A DNA stretch of 64,000 bases from Hypanus sabinus. Lineage: Eukaryota. A program made the translations under genes and the position numbers. Shown piece after piece: positions 1-12,750 of the stretch (the first letter of the stretch is position 1; the number at the start of each line of letters is the position of its first letter). The stretch lies in contig NC_082726.1 in the NCBI RefSeq assembly GCF_030144855.1, positions 35,960,001 through 36,024,000 on the forward strand, written 5' to 3'. The notes beneath the pieces were generated by a model. That model did not search any database and was not told the DNA's origin. It saw only the letters and a program-made list of their open reading frames with translations.

Positions 1-330
1 GGTCTTACTGACGCTGAGTGCAAGGTTGTTGTGACTCCTCTCAACCAGCTAATCATCTCACTGCTGTATGACTCCTCATCACCATCTGAGATTCTGCCAA
101 CAACATTTTGTGATTGGCAAATTTATAGATGGTGTTTAATTTGCGTCTAGCCACATGGTTATGGATGTAGAGAGACTAGAGCAGTGGACTAACCACAAAT
201 CCTTGAGGTCTGCTGGTGTTGATTGCCAATGAAGAGGAGATGTTATTTCCGATCCACACTGTCTGCAGTCTCCCAATGAGGAAGTCAAGGATCCAGTTTC
301 AGACAAACTACAGAGGCCAAATACCATTCC
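1..330 (-). mobile_element. Rex1/Babar-type (L2/CR1 group) LINE RT fragment, degraded
   Basis: Similar to 51090-51290 (gtcttactgac...aaatttatagatgg...ctagccaca), whose minus strand encodes the RT segment YTHDCVA..IYKFADDTT; boundaries approximate. Confidence 0.7.
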
Positions 331-2329
331 TAGATGACAGATATTTTGATTCCTAACGACGCTGGTCACTTTCAAAAAGCTTCTCCAGTTTTTCTGAGAT
401 AAAATCTGGCACACTCATTTCTACCACTTCTTCCATCATTATTATTGCTCTTTGCTAGTTCAATAAGCAGATCACAATGTTCAAATGGACCTTAAATACA
501 AGTCCTTTTCATGGGTCCTTCTCAACTACAGTTCCCCAGGCATTTAACTGCTGCCACCTTGTGGTGATTGTGATGCTCTTTATGTTTCACCTGGTGCCAT
601 TTTTTCCTTTGTTTTAATGTCGACTGACATCTAGTTCATTTAATGGCTATTTAATGTAGACATAAGGCTCAAGCAAATCAATATTAAATGCAAATTTCCT
701 GATGATTTTTCTTCCAAATTTAGAATAAACAATCGGTCAGGTATATTACTTTTCAATTATTTTTCTTCATGTGAGATTTGTAAGATGTCCTATTCACACT
801 GCCTAGTTAGATACAGTACAAAACAACTCGAACATCTGGAGGCACTTTTATTACAATGAAAAAACAGATCCTGTTATCTCTATATACTTTAATATAGAGG
901 TTGTTTGTGGTGGTGAAAATATCTTTTAAAAATGCAGTACCAGTGAGTTGCCTATCTATTTATTCCCTCTCTAATGTTATTCTATCTAACCAACCCAATC
1001 TGTGTGAAGAGGTGTTTCTTTCTCATTGTGGTGGGTGCTTGTAATATCTCTGGTTATCATTCTGGTGTCCCACATGGTAGGTAATCCAGCTCGTGTCCCA
1101 GTTCCCATGTAGATGGCCCTGCTGCAGCATCTTTACCTCCAACCACATTCCCCAGTTAAGCAGTCTCAGACTTAAATGTCTCACCATCACAGCAAGCTAC
1201 CAAATTAAGACAGAATTTAATGCAATCCATTACTGAGAAGCTGGCTCAGAATAGCAGGTATATCCTTCTCCTTTTCCTTAAATATATGAGGGTTAATACT
1301 TTATCCCTCATGATTTGATTTGCACCATCATGGGCCTATGACCCAATGGCACATATGTGAAGGAGGTTTGCTGAAATGCCATATGATAGACTTGCTATCA
1401 CTATTGAGACTCATGGAATAAAAATGTCTGTATTAATGCGGATAGAAAATTGCCTAAGCAAAAATAAATGGAGCAGTAGTACAAGATTGTTACAAAGACC
1501 AGCGGCGTTCCCCCGATACTAAAACCTTTGAATGCATATTAATGGCTTGGGATTGAGTTCCATAAGAAATTGAAGGAGGTGTCAGCAGTTTGGCCCCTTA
1601 TGCCACCGCATTATTTAACAAGATTGAGATTTATCTTTTACTTCAGTGGAAGTCTTGTACTATTTTTAGATATTCAGAGATCAAACAGTTTATTATAATC
1701 AGCAACTGAGCCCTTTGAGAATTCCAAAGATTCACTAGCTCCTGAATAAGAAATGTTGTCTTTTTCCTGAAGGGTGAACATTGTCTTCTGAGGCTGACCC
1801 AGTATCCACAAATCACAGACTTCCAGCAAATCTGTTAACTAATCCTTAATCCAGACAGTCTCTACTGTGTGTTCTAATTTTATTTAATAATCCCTTATCC
1901 ACATACAACACATCAGTTAGTTCATCCTCAAATCTCAAAAAAACTAACAGACTGGTCAAACTTTACTTCTCTTTCATAAATCCATGTCTTGTTTAAAATT
2001 ACTTAATCATAGATCCCAAAAACTTGCCTCCTTCTGCTGTCAAGCTAATCGGTAATAGCTCTCTGTTTGCTCCTTTCCTTCCTTGTTAAATTCAGGCAAT
2101 ATATTTGTTTTCTTCCAATCTGTGGAAGCAGGTTTCAATTTTGTGGATCTCTAAGAAGATAATAACCAGTGCACCTCACTAGCCATCTCCCTCATAAACC
2201 AAGGGTCTTGGGGACATTTCACTCCCACCAACTTCTGTAACAATGACTTTTTACTAACATTAAACTCTTTGATCTCTTCATTTACTATGGATCTTATAGT
2301 TCTCCATTATTCTGGCAAAATTTTCAGAC

Positions 2330-2925
2330 AATATGAAGATAGGTAGTGTTGAGGAAACAGGGAGACTGTTGAATGACTTAGAGAGATTAGGAGAATGAGC
2401 GAAGTGGTAGATAGAATATAGTGTAGGTAAGTGTATAGTTATGTACTTTGGTAGAAGAAATAGAGGTGTGGACTATTTTCTAAATGGGAAGAAAATTCAA
2501 AAATCAGAGGCTCAAAGAGTACTCATGCAGGATTCCCTAAAATAAACTTGCAGGTTGAGTTGGTGGTAAGGAAGTCAAATGCAATATTTGCATTCATTTC
2601 AAGAGGACTAGAATATTAAATAAAGGGTGTAATGCTGAGTTTTTATAAGGCTTTGGTCATATCACATTTGGGAGTATTGTGAGCAGTTTAGGGCCCTTTA
2701 ATCTAAGGAGAGATGTGCTAGTATTAGAGAGAGTCCAGAGGAGGTTCACAAGAATGATTCCGGGAAAGAAAGGGTTAACATATGAGGATAATTTAATGGC
2801 TTTGGGCCTGCGCTTGCTGGAGTTTCAAAGAATGAGTGGGGATTTCCTTGAAACCTTTCAGATATTGAAAGGCCTAGCTAGAGTGGACATGGAGAGGATG
2901 TTTCATATTGTGGGTGAGTCAATAC
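2330..2925 (+). mobile_element. CR1 LINE ORF2 3' fragment
   Basis: ORF 2679-2954 LERVQRRFTRMIPG..GL is the typical CR1 ORF2 C-terminal region. Confidence 0.85.
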
Positions 2926-3164
2926 TTTGCTTTACTCAAAACTTTGGTTTATGAAGGCCAATGTGCCAAAAGCTTTCTCTTTGACCCTATCTACCTGTGC
3001 TGCTATCAATTAACTTTGGATTCTCAGATCCCTTTGTTCTACATACTCCTCAGTGCTCTATTGTTCAATGTTGTAAGAGCTACCCTGGCTGGTCCTACAG
3101 AAGTGCAACACGTCACACTTGTCAGCATTAAATTCCATCTGGTTCAGATCCTGCTGCAAGCTCT

Positions 3165-3650
3165 TTTTTTTCATTAGTTTTTTAATGCATTTTCTACATT
3201 GCTACAGATAGAAAAAAAACCCCAAATCAAAATGAAGAAAATTAATACAGTGCAAAAATAAACATACAATAATAATATAATACAAAAAAGATAATTGAGA
3301 AAGCACCCAAATTGAAGACATGTAAAATTAGTATTCTCCCCAAGCCCCACAACAAAAAAAAACTCCAGACCAATCACAACACAATATAGAGAATATAAAT
3401 CACGACATTCAAACCCCCAAAACTGTAAATACACTTAAAAACAGAAGATAATAATGCCTACTACCAAAAAAAAAGAGCTGAAAGCAAGGGATCGAAAAAA
3501 AAACCTTAGTTAAGAGGAAGGTTATGAAAGTACTCAATAAAAGGTCCCCAGACCTTATGGAACTTTATATCCGAATTAAGAACTGAATAATGAATTTTTT
3601 CAAGGTCTAAGCAGGACATAATATCATTAAGCCATTGAGCATGCGTGGGC
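3165..3650 (-). mobile_element. 5'-truncated L1/Tx1-type LINE 3' end with poly(A) and 12-bp TSD
   Basis: TSD GCTGCAAGCTCT at 3153-3164 and 3651-3662; T-run at the left end; minus strand reads PTHAQWLNDIMSCLDLEKIHYS..KFHKVWGPF, resembling fish L1 ORF2 C-termini. Confidence 0.8.
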
Positions 3651-4132
3651 GCTGCAAGCTCTAATAGTCTTCCTCATTGTCCACAGCACCTCCCAGTCTT
3701 GGAGTCATCTGCAAATTTGTTGATCCAGTGAAAAATATTATTATCCAGATCATTGATATATAGATTTCAAGCAACAACAGACCCAGCATTGATCCCTCCA
3801 GTCAGAGAGACAACCATCTAGTACCACTCTCTGGGTTCTCCCATAAACCCAATATCCGATCAAATTTACTACCTCATCTTGAGTGCTGAATGACTGAAAC
3901 TTCTTGACCAACCTCCCAAGCAGGGTCTTGTCAAAAGGTCCATGTAGACAACATCCACTATCTTGCCTTCATGAACTTTCCTGGTAACTTACTCAAAAAA
4001 CTCTATAACATTGGTTAGACATCACTTACTACACACAAAGCAATGCTGACTATCCTTAATCAGTCCATGTCTATCCATTTACACATTTATCCGATCCCTT
4101 AGGATACCTTCCAATAACTTTCACACTACTGA

Positions 4133-5490
4133 TAGAAACATAGAAAACCTGCAGCACAATACAGGCCCTTCGGCCCACAAAGCTGTGACGAACATGCCCT
4201 TATCTGTGAAATTACCTAGGGTTACCCATAGCCCTCTATTTTTATGAGCTCCATGTACCTGTCCATGAGTCTCTTAAAAGACCCTATCGTATGCACCTCC
4301 ACCACCGTCGCCGGCAGCCCACTCCACACACTCACCACTCTGCATAAAAAAACTTAGCCCTGATATTTCCCCTGTACCTACTTCCAAGCACCTTAAAACT
4401 GTGCACTCTCGTGCTAGACATTTCAGCCCTGGGAAAAGCCTCTGACTATCCACATGATCAATGCCTCTCATCATCTTATACACCTCTATCAAGTCACCTC
4501 TCATCCTCCTTTGCTCCAAGAAAAAAGGCCAAGTTCACTCAACTTATTCTCATAAAGCATGCTCTCCAATCCAGGCAACATCCTTGTAAATCTCCCCTGC
4601 ACCCTTTCTATAGTTTCCACATCCTTCCTATAGTGAGGCAACCAGAACTGAGCATAGTACTACTGGTCTGACCAGGGTCCTATATAGCTGCAACATTGCC
4701 TCTCAGCTCCTAAACTCAATTCCACAATTGATGAAGGCCAATGCACCGTATGCTTTGTTAACCACGGAGTCAACCTGCATAGCAGCCTTGAGTGTCCTTT
4801 GGACCTGGACCCCAAGATCCCTCTGATCCTCCACACTGCCAAGAATTTTTCCATTAACTCAATATTCTGCCATCATATTTGACCTACCAAAATGAACCAC
4901 CTTACACTTACCTGGGTTGAACTCCATCTGCCACTTCTCAGCCCAGTTTTGCATCCTATCAATGTCCCGCTGTAACCTCTGACAGCCCTCTGCACTATCC
5001 ACAACACCTCCAACCTTTGTGTCATCAGTAAATTTACTAACCCATTCCTCCCCTTCTTCATCCAGATCATTTATAAAAATCACAAAGAGTAAGGGTCCCA
5101 GAACAAATCCCTGAGGCACTCCACTGGTGACTGACCTCCATGCAGAATATGACCCGTCTACAACCACTCTTTGCCTTCTGTGTGCAAGCCAGTTCTGGAT
5201 CCATAAAGCAATGTCCCCTTGGATCCCATGCCTCCTTACTTTCTCAATAAACCTTTCATGGGGTACCTTGTTAAGTGCTTTGCTGAAATCCATATACACT
5301 ACATCTACTGCCCTACCCTCATCAACATGTTTAGTCACATCCTCAAAAAATTCAATCAGGCTCGTAAGGCATGACGTGCCTTTCACAAAGTCATGGCTGA
5401 CTATGCCTAATCATATTATGCCTCTCCAGATGTTCATAAATCCTGCCTTTCAGGATCTTCTCCATCAACTTACCAACCACTGAAGTGAGA
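4133..5490 (-). mobile_element. Younger 5'-truncated CR1 LINE nested in the older CR1
   Basis: ORF 4859-5386 with YMDFSKA, GVPQG.VLGP and KFTDD RT motifs; short tandem 3' tail (atagaaacatagaaa) at about 4133-4147. Confidence 0.9.
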
Positions 5491-5995
5491 ATGTCAGGAT
5501 ATTTGGCCTATAATTTTCTGTTTTATTTTTAGAGCCTTTCTTCAACAGCAGAACAACATCAGCTATCCTTCAGTCCTCTGGTACCTCACCTGTCATTAAG
5601 GATGATTTAAATACCTCTGCTAGGGCCCCAGTAATTTCTGCACTTGCCTCCCACAGGATATGAGGGAATACCTTGTCAGGCCCTGGGGATTTATCTCCCT
5701 AATTTGTTTCAAATCAGCGAACACCTCCTCTGTAATCTGTGTAGGGTCCATGAAGTTGATGATGTTTTCCCTCACTTCTATAGACTATATGTCCATCTCC
5801 TGAGTAAATATAGATGCAAAAAATCAATTTAATATCTCTCCCATATCTTTTGGCTCCATTCATGGATTACCATTCTGATCTTCCAAAGGACCAATTTTGT
5901 TCCTTGCAATCCTTTTGCTCTTAATATACCTGTATAATCCCTTAGGGTTCTCCTTCACTTTGTCTGCTAGGGCAACACTATGCCTTCTTTTAGTT

Positions 5996-6125
5996 CAAAC
6001 AACACACACAAAATGCTGGTGGAACACAGCAGGCCAGGCAGCATCTATAAGGAGAAGCACTGTCGACATTTCGGGCTGAGACCCTTCGTCAATTTCCAGC
6101 ATCTGCAGATTTCCTTATGTTTGTT
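5996..6125. mobile_element. 130-bp Penelope-terminus-derived insertion with internal inversion and 13-bp TSD
   Basis: TSD CCTTCTTTTAGTT at 5983-5995 and 6126-6138; sequence matches PLE termini at 62751-62855 and 32720-32860. Confidence 0.8.
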
Positions 6126-7539
6126 CCTTCTTTTAGTTTTCCTGATTTCTTCCTTTAAGTGTTTTCTTGCATTTTTATACTCGTAAGTACCTCATTTGTT
6201 CCTGCCTGCTTATACCTGCTATGTATCACATTTTTTTCTTAACCAGGGCCTCAATATCTCTCAAAAACCAAGGTTCTGTAAACCTGTTGTCTTTAATTTT
6301 TATTCTGACTGGCACATACAAGCTCTGTACTCTCCAAATATCACCTTTGAAGGCTTCCCACTTACCAAGTACACCTTTGCCAGAAAACAGCGTATCCCAA
6401 TCCACACTTGCCAGATCCTTTCTGATACCATCAAAATTGGCCTTCCTCCAATTTAGAATCTCAAACCCGGTCTAAATCTATCTTTTTTTCAATATTTACT
6501 TTGAAACTAATGGCATTATGATCACTAGCTGCAAAGTGTTCCCCTTCACAAACTCCTGTCTCGTTCTCCACACACACTCTCGTTGACACTTCTATGTACT
6601 GATTAAAGAAACTTTCTTGAGCACATTTGACAAACTTTATCCCAACTAGTACTTTTACAGTATGGGATGTTAAAATCACCTACTATAACAATCTTATGTT
6701 TCTGCAGCAGTCTGCGATCTGTACAATATTTTTTCTCCAAATCCCGCGGGTTATATGTAATATACCCCCATTAACACGGTCATACGTTTCTTATTCCTCA
6801 GTTCCACCCATAAACCCTCACTAGACGAGTTCTCCAGTCTGCCGTGACATTTTCGCTGACTAGCGTCTCTGCTAGTCCCCCTTTAATCCCTGCCGCTCTG
6901 TCGCGACTAAAACAACGGAACCCCGGAATGTTGAGCTGCCAAGTCTCATTAATGGCTGCAATATCGTAATTCCATGTGTTGATCTATGCCCTGAGCTCTT
7001 GCATTGAAATATATGCATAGACATATACATCTGTAGAAATTTGCTAGTCTTTAGTGACATACCAAATCTTCTCAAAATACTATTGAATTATACAGATCCA
7101 CTGCCCTACTCTCCACGCCTTTTGTGAATTCCGTAATAAAATTCACACCACCACCACCACCCCCTTTAAAAGCACTTCCACTTCGCTGACCCTGCTACAT
7201 CCTGGGATCTTGTCCACCGTATTCCAAGAGGGCAAACGTCCTGTATGTGGTTCTTGTCCCACCACAAGGGTGACTCTGAAAATGCCAGGCAAGCCACTTA
7301 GATCAAGGAATTGGGGATGGGAAAAACGGATGAACAAAACTTTCGTTGCACTGGCTCTGCGGTGGCCATTTTGTCTAACCATTAAACAAATCAGCCTCTC
7401 AAATGCCAGTGATTGCTTTGTGTGCTTCTCTAATTTGAAGTATTAGTGGAAACTCAGTCAGTACAGAGTGGTGGTCATCCTGTTTGTTCAGGGAAGGCTG
7501 GAGAATAAAGTAAACCACAGTTAAACAGAGGCAGCGACA

Positions 7540-7969
7540 ACGATCAGGCGGAGAGATTAACCTGGAAGAATAGCCAAAGGTCTCACCGACACAGACTGGA
7601 AGTGACAGGTAGTGAGAGACGGACGGGAGTCACATAAACACGTAGGGGAGATGTCTGGAGGTAAGGATGGCGAGTGAGCAACGCGAACCAGTCCTTGGTT
7701 GTAATTTGTGAGTGTGGAACAGAGAGGCGACGCACGGCGCTGGACGGGCTGAGGGAGCACGGCACTATTTCCCTTAATCGGATAAAACAGCTTGATATTC
7801 TCTGCTTTTCATTGCGTCTGCATCGTGTGAGCGAGCGATGGAGGACGGTGAGGGAACCGTGTGACTCAGCCCGGCCATCTGCACACAGACTCACACACAC
7901 ACACACACATACACACACTCGGCAATACTTAATGATAATATTTGCAAGAGTGCCTGGATTCATTGAACG
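7540..7969 (+). promoter_or_regulatory. GPRIN2: CpG-rich promoter and putative non-coding first exon of GPRIN2
   Basis: Local CpG enrichment in an otherwise CpG-poor window; strong donor CG|GTGAGT at 7969/7970; matching acceptor ttctcatcattacag|A at 12736/12737, 14 nt before the ATG. Transcription start not defined. Confidence 0.55.
7892..7918. repeat. (CA)n microsatellite within the putative 5' exon
   Basis: Seen directly. Confidence 0.95.
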
Positions 7970-9789
7970 GTGAGTGCTGTCCCCGGTGTAACGGGCCGAA
8001 GGGATTTCTTCAGCAAAGCACCAGCTGGCTGATGAGGTGCTGAGCTTTTGAGGGTATTAGATATTCATTGTGCTGTTGCCAAGAGACTGTCAGTGGAGTC
8101 GGAACCGTCGAATAGTCCGCGATCGTTAGTATTCTTGCATCGGGTTCTCTGCCTGATCTTCCCCAGTGACCGGTAATCACTAGTGGATGGGGGGTTGGAC
8201 TTGGGCTGCAGTTTGTTGTCGGGAGCGTTATTCTGTGTACGTATGTTCCCAGCAGATAAAAGGCCTGTTGCTTTTATATATACTGTATATAGATCCTCAC
8301 CATGCTTTACTGTTTAATCACCCCGGAGGGGAATTTGTTGGAATTGTGTAATGAGACTCCGAAGGCTCTCCAAACGGGTGAGAGTTGCTGGAATTTTAAA
8401 AAAAGTCTCCACAAAATGGGCCGGAGGTGGCTTAGGTCGAGAACGGAGGCTGCCCTTCAGAACGGAACAGGACATGGAGTCTCCGATCTGTTGCTGGTGA
8501 GAATGCCCTCCTCTCCACCACCACGAGCACCACGCCGCTCCTCTCCGCCTCACAGTGTAGTACACGGATCCCAACCCCTCCCAAGGGATGTCCTCTTACA
8601 GTCCGTCACCTCCCCGGGGGATACTCCATCCCTGACACAGCTCCGTGTCCTTCTCGATTGTTCCACGCAATCACTTTGCCACCACGACACTGATTGCATC
8701 TTGTCCTGTCTCCATTTTACTGCCTCAGACCGAACTTGAGCCACATTCATTCGATGGACATTCCCGTCCGTGCCATTCCATACCCTGACTGACAACGGTG
8801 CATTCGATTTTACACGGATTTCTGTAGATCCATCTTAGACTGAAAATATTCCACTGACCCACATAGCAACCTGACACACCTGATTTACACTCACCCTCAA
8901 ACCTTACTGATGTCTCAAGCACACACATATCGTTACACACGTTGTTGTACAAGACACCTATACCCCAAAGAAATGCCAAACTGACATAGATCTTACTGAG
9001 ACTCATATTATACTAACATATAACACTGACAACATCATGGACATACACTACATCAGACCAGCTCAACCACCATGGCACAGCAATAATAAATACACTGCCC
9101 TGATATACAGAAGGGTGAAGGGTCCATGGACCATGGTACTTTTGCCAATTTGCTCACCTTCACAGGCTGGAAGAACCTCCAGCAACAAACAATCTGCTGG
9201 AGGAACTCAGCCAGTCAAGCAGCATCTGTGGGAGGAAAACAGTTGTCCACCTTTCAGATCAAATTAGGACTAAGAGTGGAGAATGGTGATTATCAGTATA
9301 TAGAGGAAAAGGAAAGTGATGGAACAGGAGCCAGAGGTGATTGGTGGATGGAGGAGGAGGGGGTGGAATTGCTGGTGAAGGAATGTCCTATGTCCCCTAT
9401 CTCAGCCCTCCCCTTCTCCTCCTTATATTGGCTACCACCCTTCTCCACTCTCCGTCTTGATGCAAGGTCCCAACACAAAATGTGGACAATTCCATTCTTC
9501 TTACTGATTTCCTCTAACAGACCAGCATCTGCAGTCTCTCTGGATGAATCTCCGTCCTGTTGGACAAGGTTTGAGCTCCTGTAACAGATTTTGCCTTTTT
9601 CACATTCACAATTTGTGTACCTCTCAACTGAGCAATTTTCCTGTACCTCACTAAAAGGATGTGACTAGCTCCTGGAATAAAGTTTCCAGGTAACTCTCCT
9701 TCTCCCTAATCTCCAGATCTAGCTCACCAACTCTGAACGGAAGTTCGTCACGTGGTGCACATGGTGGGGTGGCTGTCATCAATCCCACG

Positions 9790-10742
9790 CAGTAGCCTTA
9801 AGCTTCAGGAAAAGATTGATCAGCTGTCAATTGGGCAGAGCAATGGAAGATGGAAGTTAGTCCTGTTACTTGTGATGCAATGTCCTTTGACATGCACATT
9901 AAAAGTGGGAATACACAGTGAATGGGAGAGCTCTAGGGACCATTGAGGAAGAAATGAAACTTGGTGTACAAAGATCTTTGCAGGTAGCAACACTGGCAGA
10001 TAAGGTGGTGAAGAAGTAATGTGGAATACTTGTTCTCCATTACTCAGGGCACAAAATATAAGAGCAGGGAGGAAATAAAACTTTGGCTAGGCCACAGCTG
10101 GTGTACTCTGCACAGTTCTAGTCACCACACTGTGTGGTAGCATTGGAGAGGATGAAGTGGAGATTCAGCAAGATGTTGCCACTTCGCTAATGAGGAGGCA
10201 CTGGATAGTCTGGGTTTGTTTAGAGAGACCTGATGAAATAAGCAACATTTTGAGCAACATAGATAAGGTAGATACAGTACTCCTTGAAGTTGTGGAGGGT
10301 TTGTGTTCCTAGAAATCCATCTGTATCATGATTTTTCATATCTCAAATTTTATTAGGTGGTGATTTGTGAATTGTATTATGGCAAATTTCCATTACCTGA
10401 AATTGTCATCGAGCAGAGTATACTTTAATAGGAAACCTTCCCCTATAACAGTGGTACTAAAAGATTTTGATTTATGCAAAGTAAAAGAAGTTTAGAGCAG
10501 TTTTGAGGAATCGTTTTTCGCCCAAAGGATGGCTGGAATCTGGAACAAACTGTCTGAAAGGGTGGTGACACAAGTACTCTCACAGCATATAAGAAATATC
10601 CAGATGAGCACTTGAATTGCCAAGACTTAGAAGGCTATAGACCTAGTGCTGGTAAGTGGAATTGGTGTAGATTGGGAACTGATGGTCAGTGTGGACATTG
10701 TGAGCCAAATGGCCTCTTTCTGTTCTGTATGACTATGACTCT
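9790..10742 (+). mobile_element. Degraded CR1 LINE 3' portion
   Basis: CR1-like ORF2 end and (tatgac)n tail at about 10727-10740. Confidence 0.75.
10275..10425. mobile_element. Small Tc1/mariner (Tigger/pogo-like) MITE inserted in CR1
   Basis: TA|CAGTACTC...GAGTATACTT|TA, imperfect terminal inverted repeats; CR1 sequence resumes on both sides. Confidence 0.5.
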
Positions 10743-11186
10743 CTATATATCTTACTGTATGTTGCTGCAAAGCTTCCCTTATGCTGCTTATCTTAAAGTA
10801 GTTTATTTATTTAAGCGATTTATTTAACTCTTCACTTTTATCCAGTCCTTGATGAATTCTCTGCACTTAGCACAGTACAGTTAAAACACACTGTACTTTG
10901 TTACCCCACAGATTTACCCTCCCAGGTATCTGTACCTTTGTGTCACATGACTTCAATGAAAATCTTCTAGCTGACTACTCAATTAGATGGAAAACTAAAG
11001 ACTAATGTTAAACACATCATATCACTGCAATTTCAAACTACAAGGTTAATATAATCACACACACAAACTAAATTAACTAATCATGAAAATAAATCACCTC
11101 ATTAATCACCAAAGACCTCCAAACTCATGAAGCATTTGTCTTTTATGGCCCTCCTTAAGTATTTTGGACATGAGTGCCCTCTTAGA

Positions 11187-11251
11187 TATCTATCTATCTA
11201 TCTCTCTCTCTCTCTCTTCTCATACACAAACACACACACACACACACACAC
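11187..11251. repeat. Compound (TATC)n(TC)n..(CA)n microsatellite
   Basis: Seen directly. Confidence 0.9.
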
Positions 11252-11999
11252 CGTGGTGATGTACATATTATCTGGTCCACTAAATATACACACACTGATT
11301 GGTTGGTTGGTTAAGCTCATCACCCCTACTAGGGAATAGGCTGCAGACAATAGCTCGCCAGAGTCCTCTGCCCAGGGTCACTCTTTCAAGTTGTTCTCAG
11401 GTGTAGCCCACCTTCAAAGATCCTTCCTCTCCCAGGGGTGCTTCTGTTGGCATTTCTGTAGCACTGGGCTTTCACAGGATGGGGTTGCTAGCTCCATGCT
11501 CAACACTCCTCATTGGAACCACCGATGGCTGAGTTATACACACACTGAACCATGTATTAAAAACACACCACATCACTTGCGCATCATACTGACCCTCCAA
11601 CCTGATGTATCCATCAATAAATCCCACACTGACACACTGGACATATGCACATATACCATACTGATATACATGTCATTCTGATACTAGACAGACACACTAT
11701 TCTTATAGAAAAGCAGACTGACATATAAATCAGAGAAGGAGCATGAAAAGTGGGGAGAATGACATGCAGGGACATTTGCTCACTAATAATAATTATGCAT
11801 ATTATTAATGCATTCATACAATAAGCATCCATTTCAGTTGCCCCTCCAACGTAATTAAATGTATATTTCTTCATGCTCTGCAATATCATAGGGATACACA
11901 ATAATATACCATAAAGATATATTTAGAATACTTACTACAATATAATCCTACCTTGCCACATGAACACAAACATACCATTACAAACATATTGACACATGT

Positions 12000-12560
12000 A
12001 TCGAGATAGAGTGAAAAGATTGTCTTGCATACTGTTCTTTCAGATCAGATCATTACACAGTGAGGTAGAACAAGGTAAAACAATAACAATGCAAAATAAA
12101 GTGTAATAGCAACTGCAGCATACAAAGATTGCTGGAGGAACTCAGCAGGTCAGGCAGCATCTATGGAAAAGAGTAAACAGTTGACATTTCAGGTCCTGGT
12201 GGAGGGTCTCGGCTGTTTACTCTTTTAAACATAGATGCTGTCTGGGCTGCTGTGTTCCTCCAGCATTTTGTGTGTGTTGCTTGGATTTCCAGCATCTACA
12301 GATTTTCTCTTGTTAAAGAAACAGCAGTGCAGGTAGATGATAAAGTACATAATCGTAACGAAATAGACTGTGACGTCCAGAGTCCAATTTATCGTATTAG
12401 GGAAGCATTTGATAGCCTTACAACAGTGGGGTAGAAGCTGTCTTTGAGACTGGTGCTACATGCTTTGCATCTTCTGCCCAATGGAAGAGAGAAACTCTGG
12501 GGTGGGTTTGGCTTTGATAACATTGGCTGTTTTACTGAGGCAGTAAGAATAAGTCCATGG
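12000..12560 (-). mobile_element. Rex1/Babar-type LINE 3' fragment interrupted by a fold-back element
   Basis: Minus ORF 12389-12622 LPLGRR....SLKDSFYPTVVRL matches the Rex1/Babar C-terminus. Confidence 0.65.
12109..12314. mobile_element. Non-autonomous fold-back element made of two head-to-head PLE termini
   Basis: Left arm tgctggaggaactcagcag..gcagcatctatg..aagagtaaacag is the reverse complement of right arm ctgtttactctt..catagatgctg..ctgctgtgttcctccagca. Confidence 0.8.
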
Positions 12561-12750
12561 AAAAGATCCCACATAAATCTAAGATATAAAATGCTGGAAA
12601 CAACCACAAACTGTGGCAGCATCTATAGATTAAGAAATAGACTTAATTTTCAGATTGCTGATTGTTCATCTGAATTTATAACAAGAGGGATAACATAATT
12701 TACTATTTCTCTCTTTATTGTTTCTCATCATTACAGAGTGCCCATTCGAC

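Larger units (their letters stand above)
2950..6995 (-). mobile_element. Older CR1 LINE, host of three nested insertions
   Basis: Minus-strand ORF2 remnants, including endonuclease-end ASDHN (ORF 6461-6679) and RT segments; interrupted at about 3165, 4133 and 5996. Confidence 0.8.

Noticed and set aside
8020-8046. RE1/NRSE element near the GPRIN2 first exon
   Set aside because: Only the GGTGCTGA half-site matches; spacing and the other half do not fit
8302-8739. 145-aa ORF in GPRIN2 intron 1 and other short ORF-track entries
   Set aside because: No recognisable domains or convincing exon signals; most short ORFs are shadows of repeats or of real exons
12718-12750. ORF-track start of the 617-aa ORF
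   Set aside because: Non-ATG start inside the polypyrimidine tract upstream of the acceptor at 12737; the real start is the ATG at 12751
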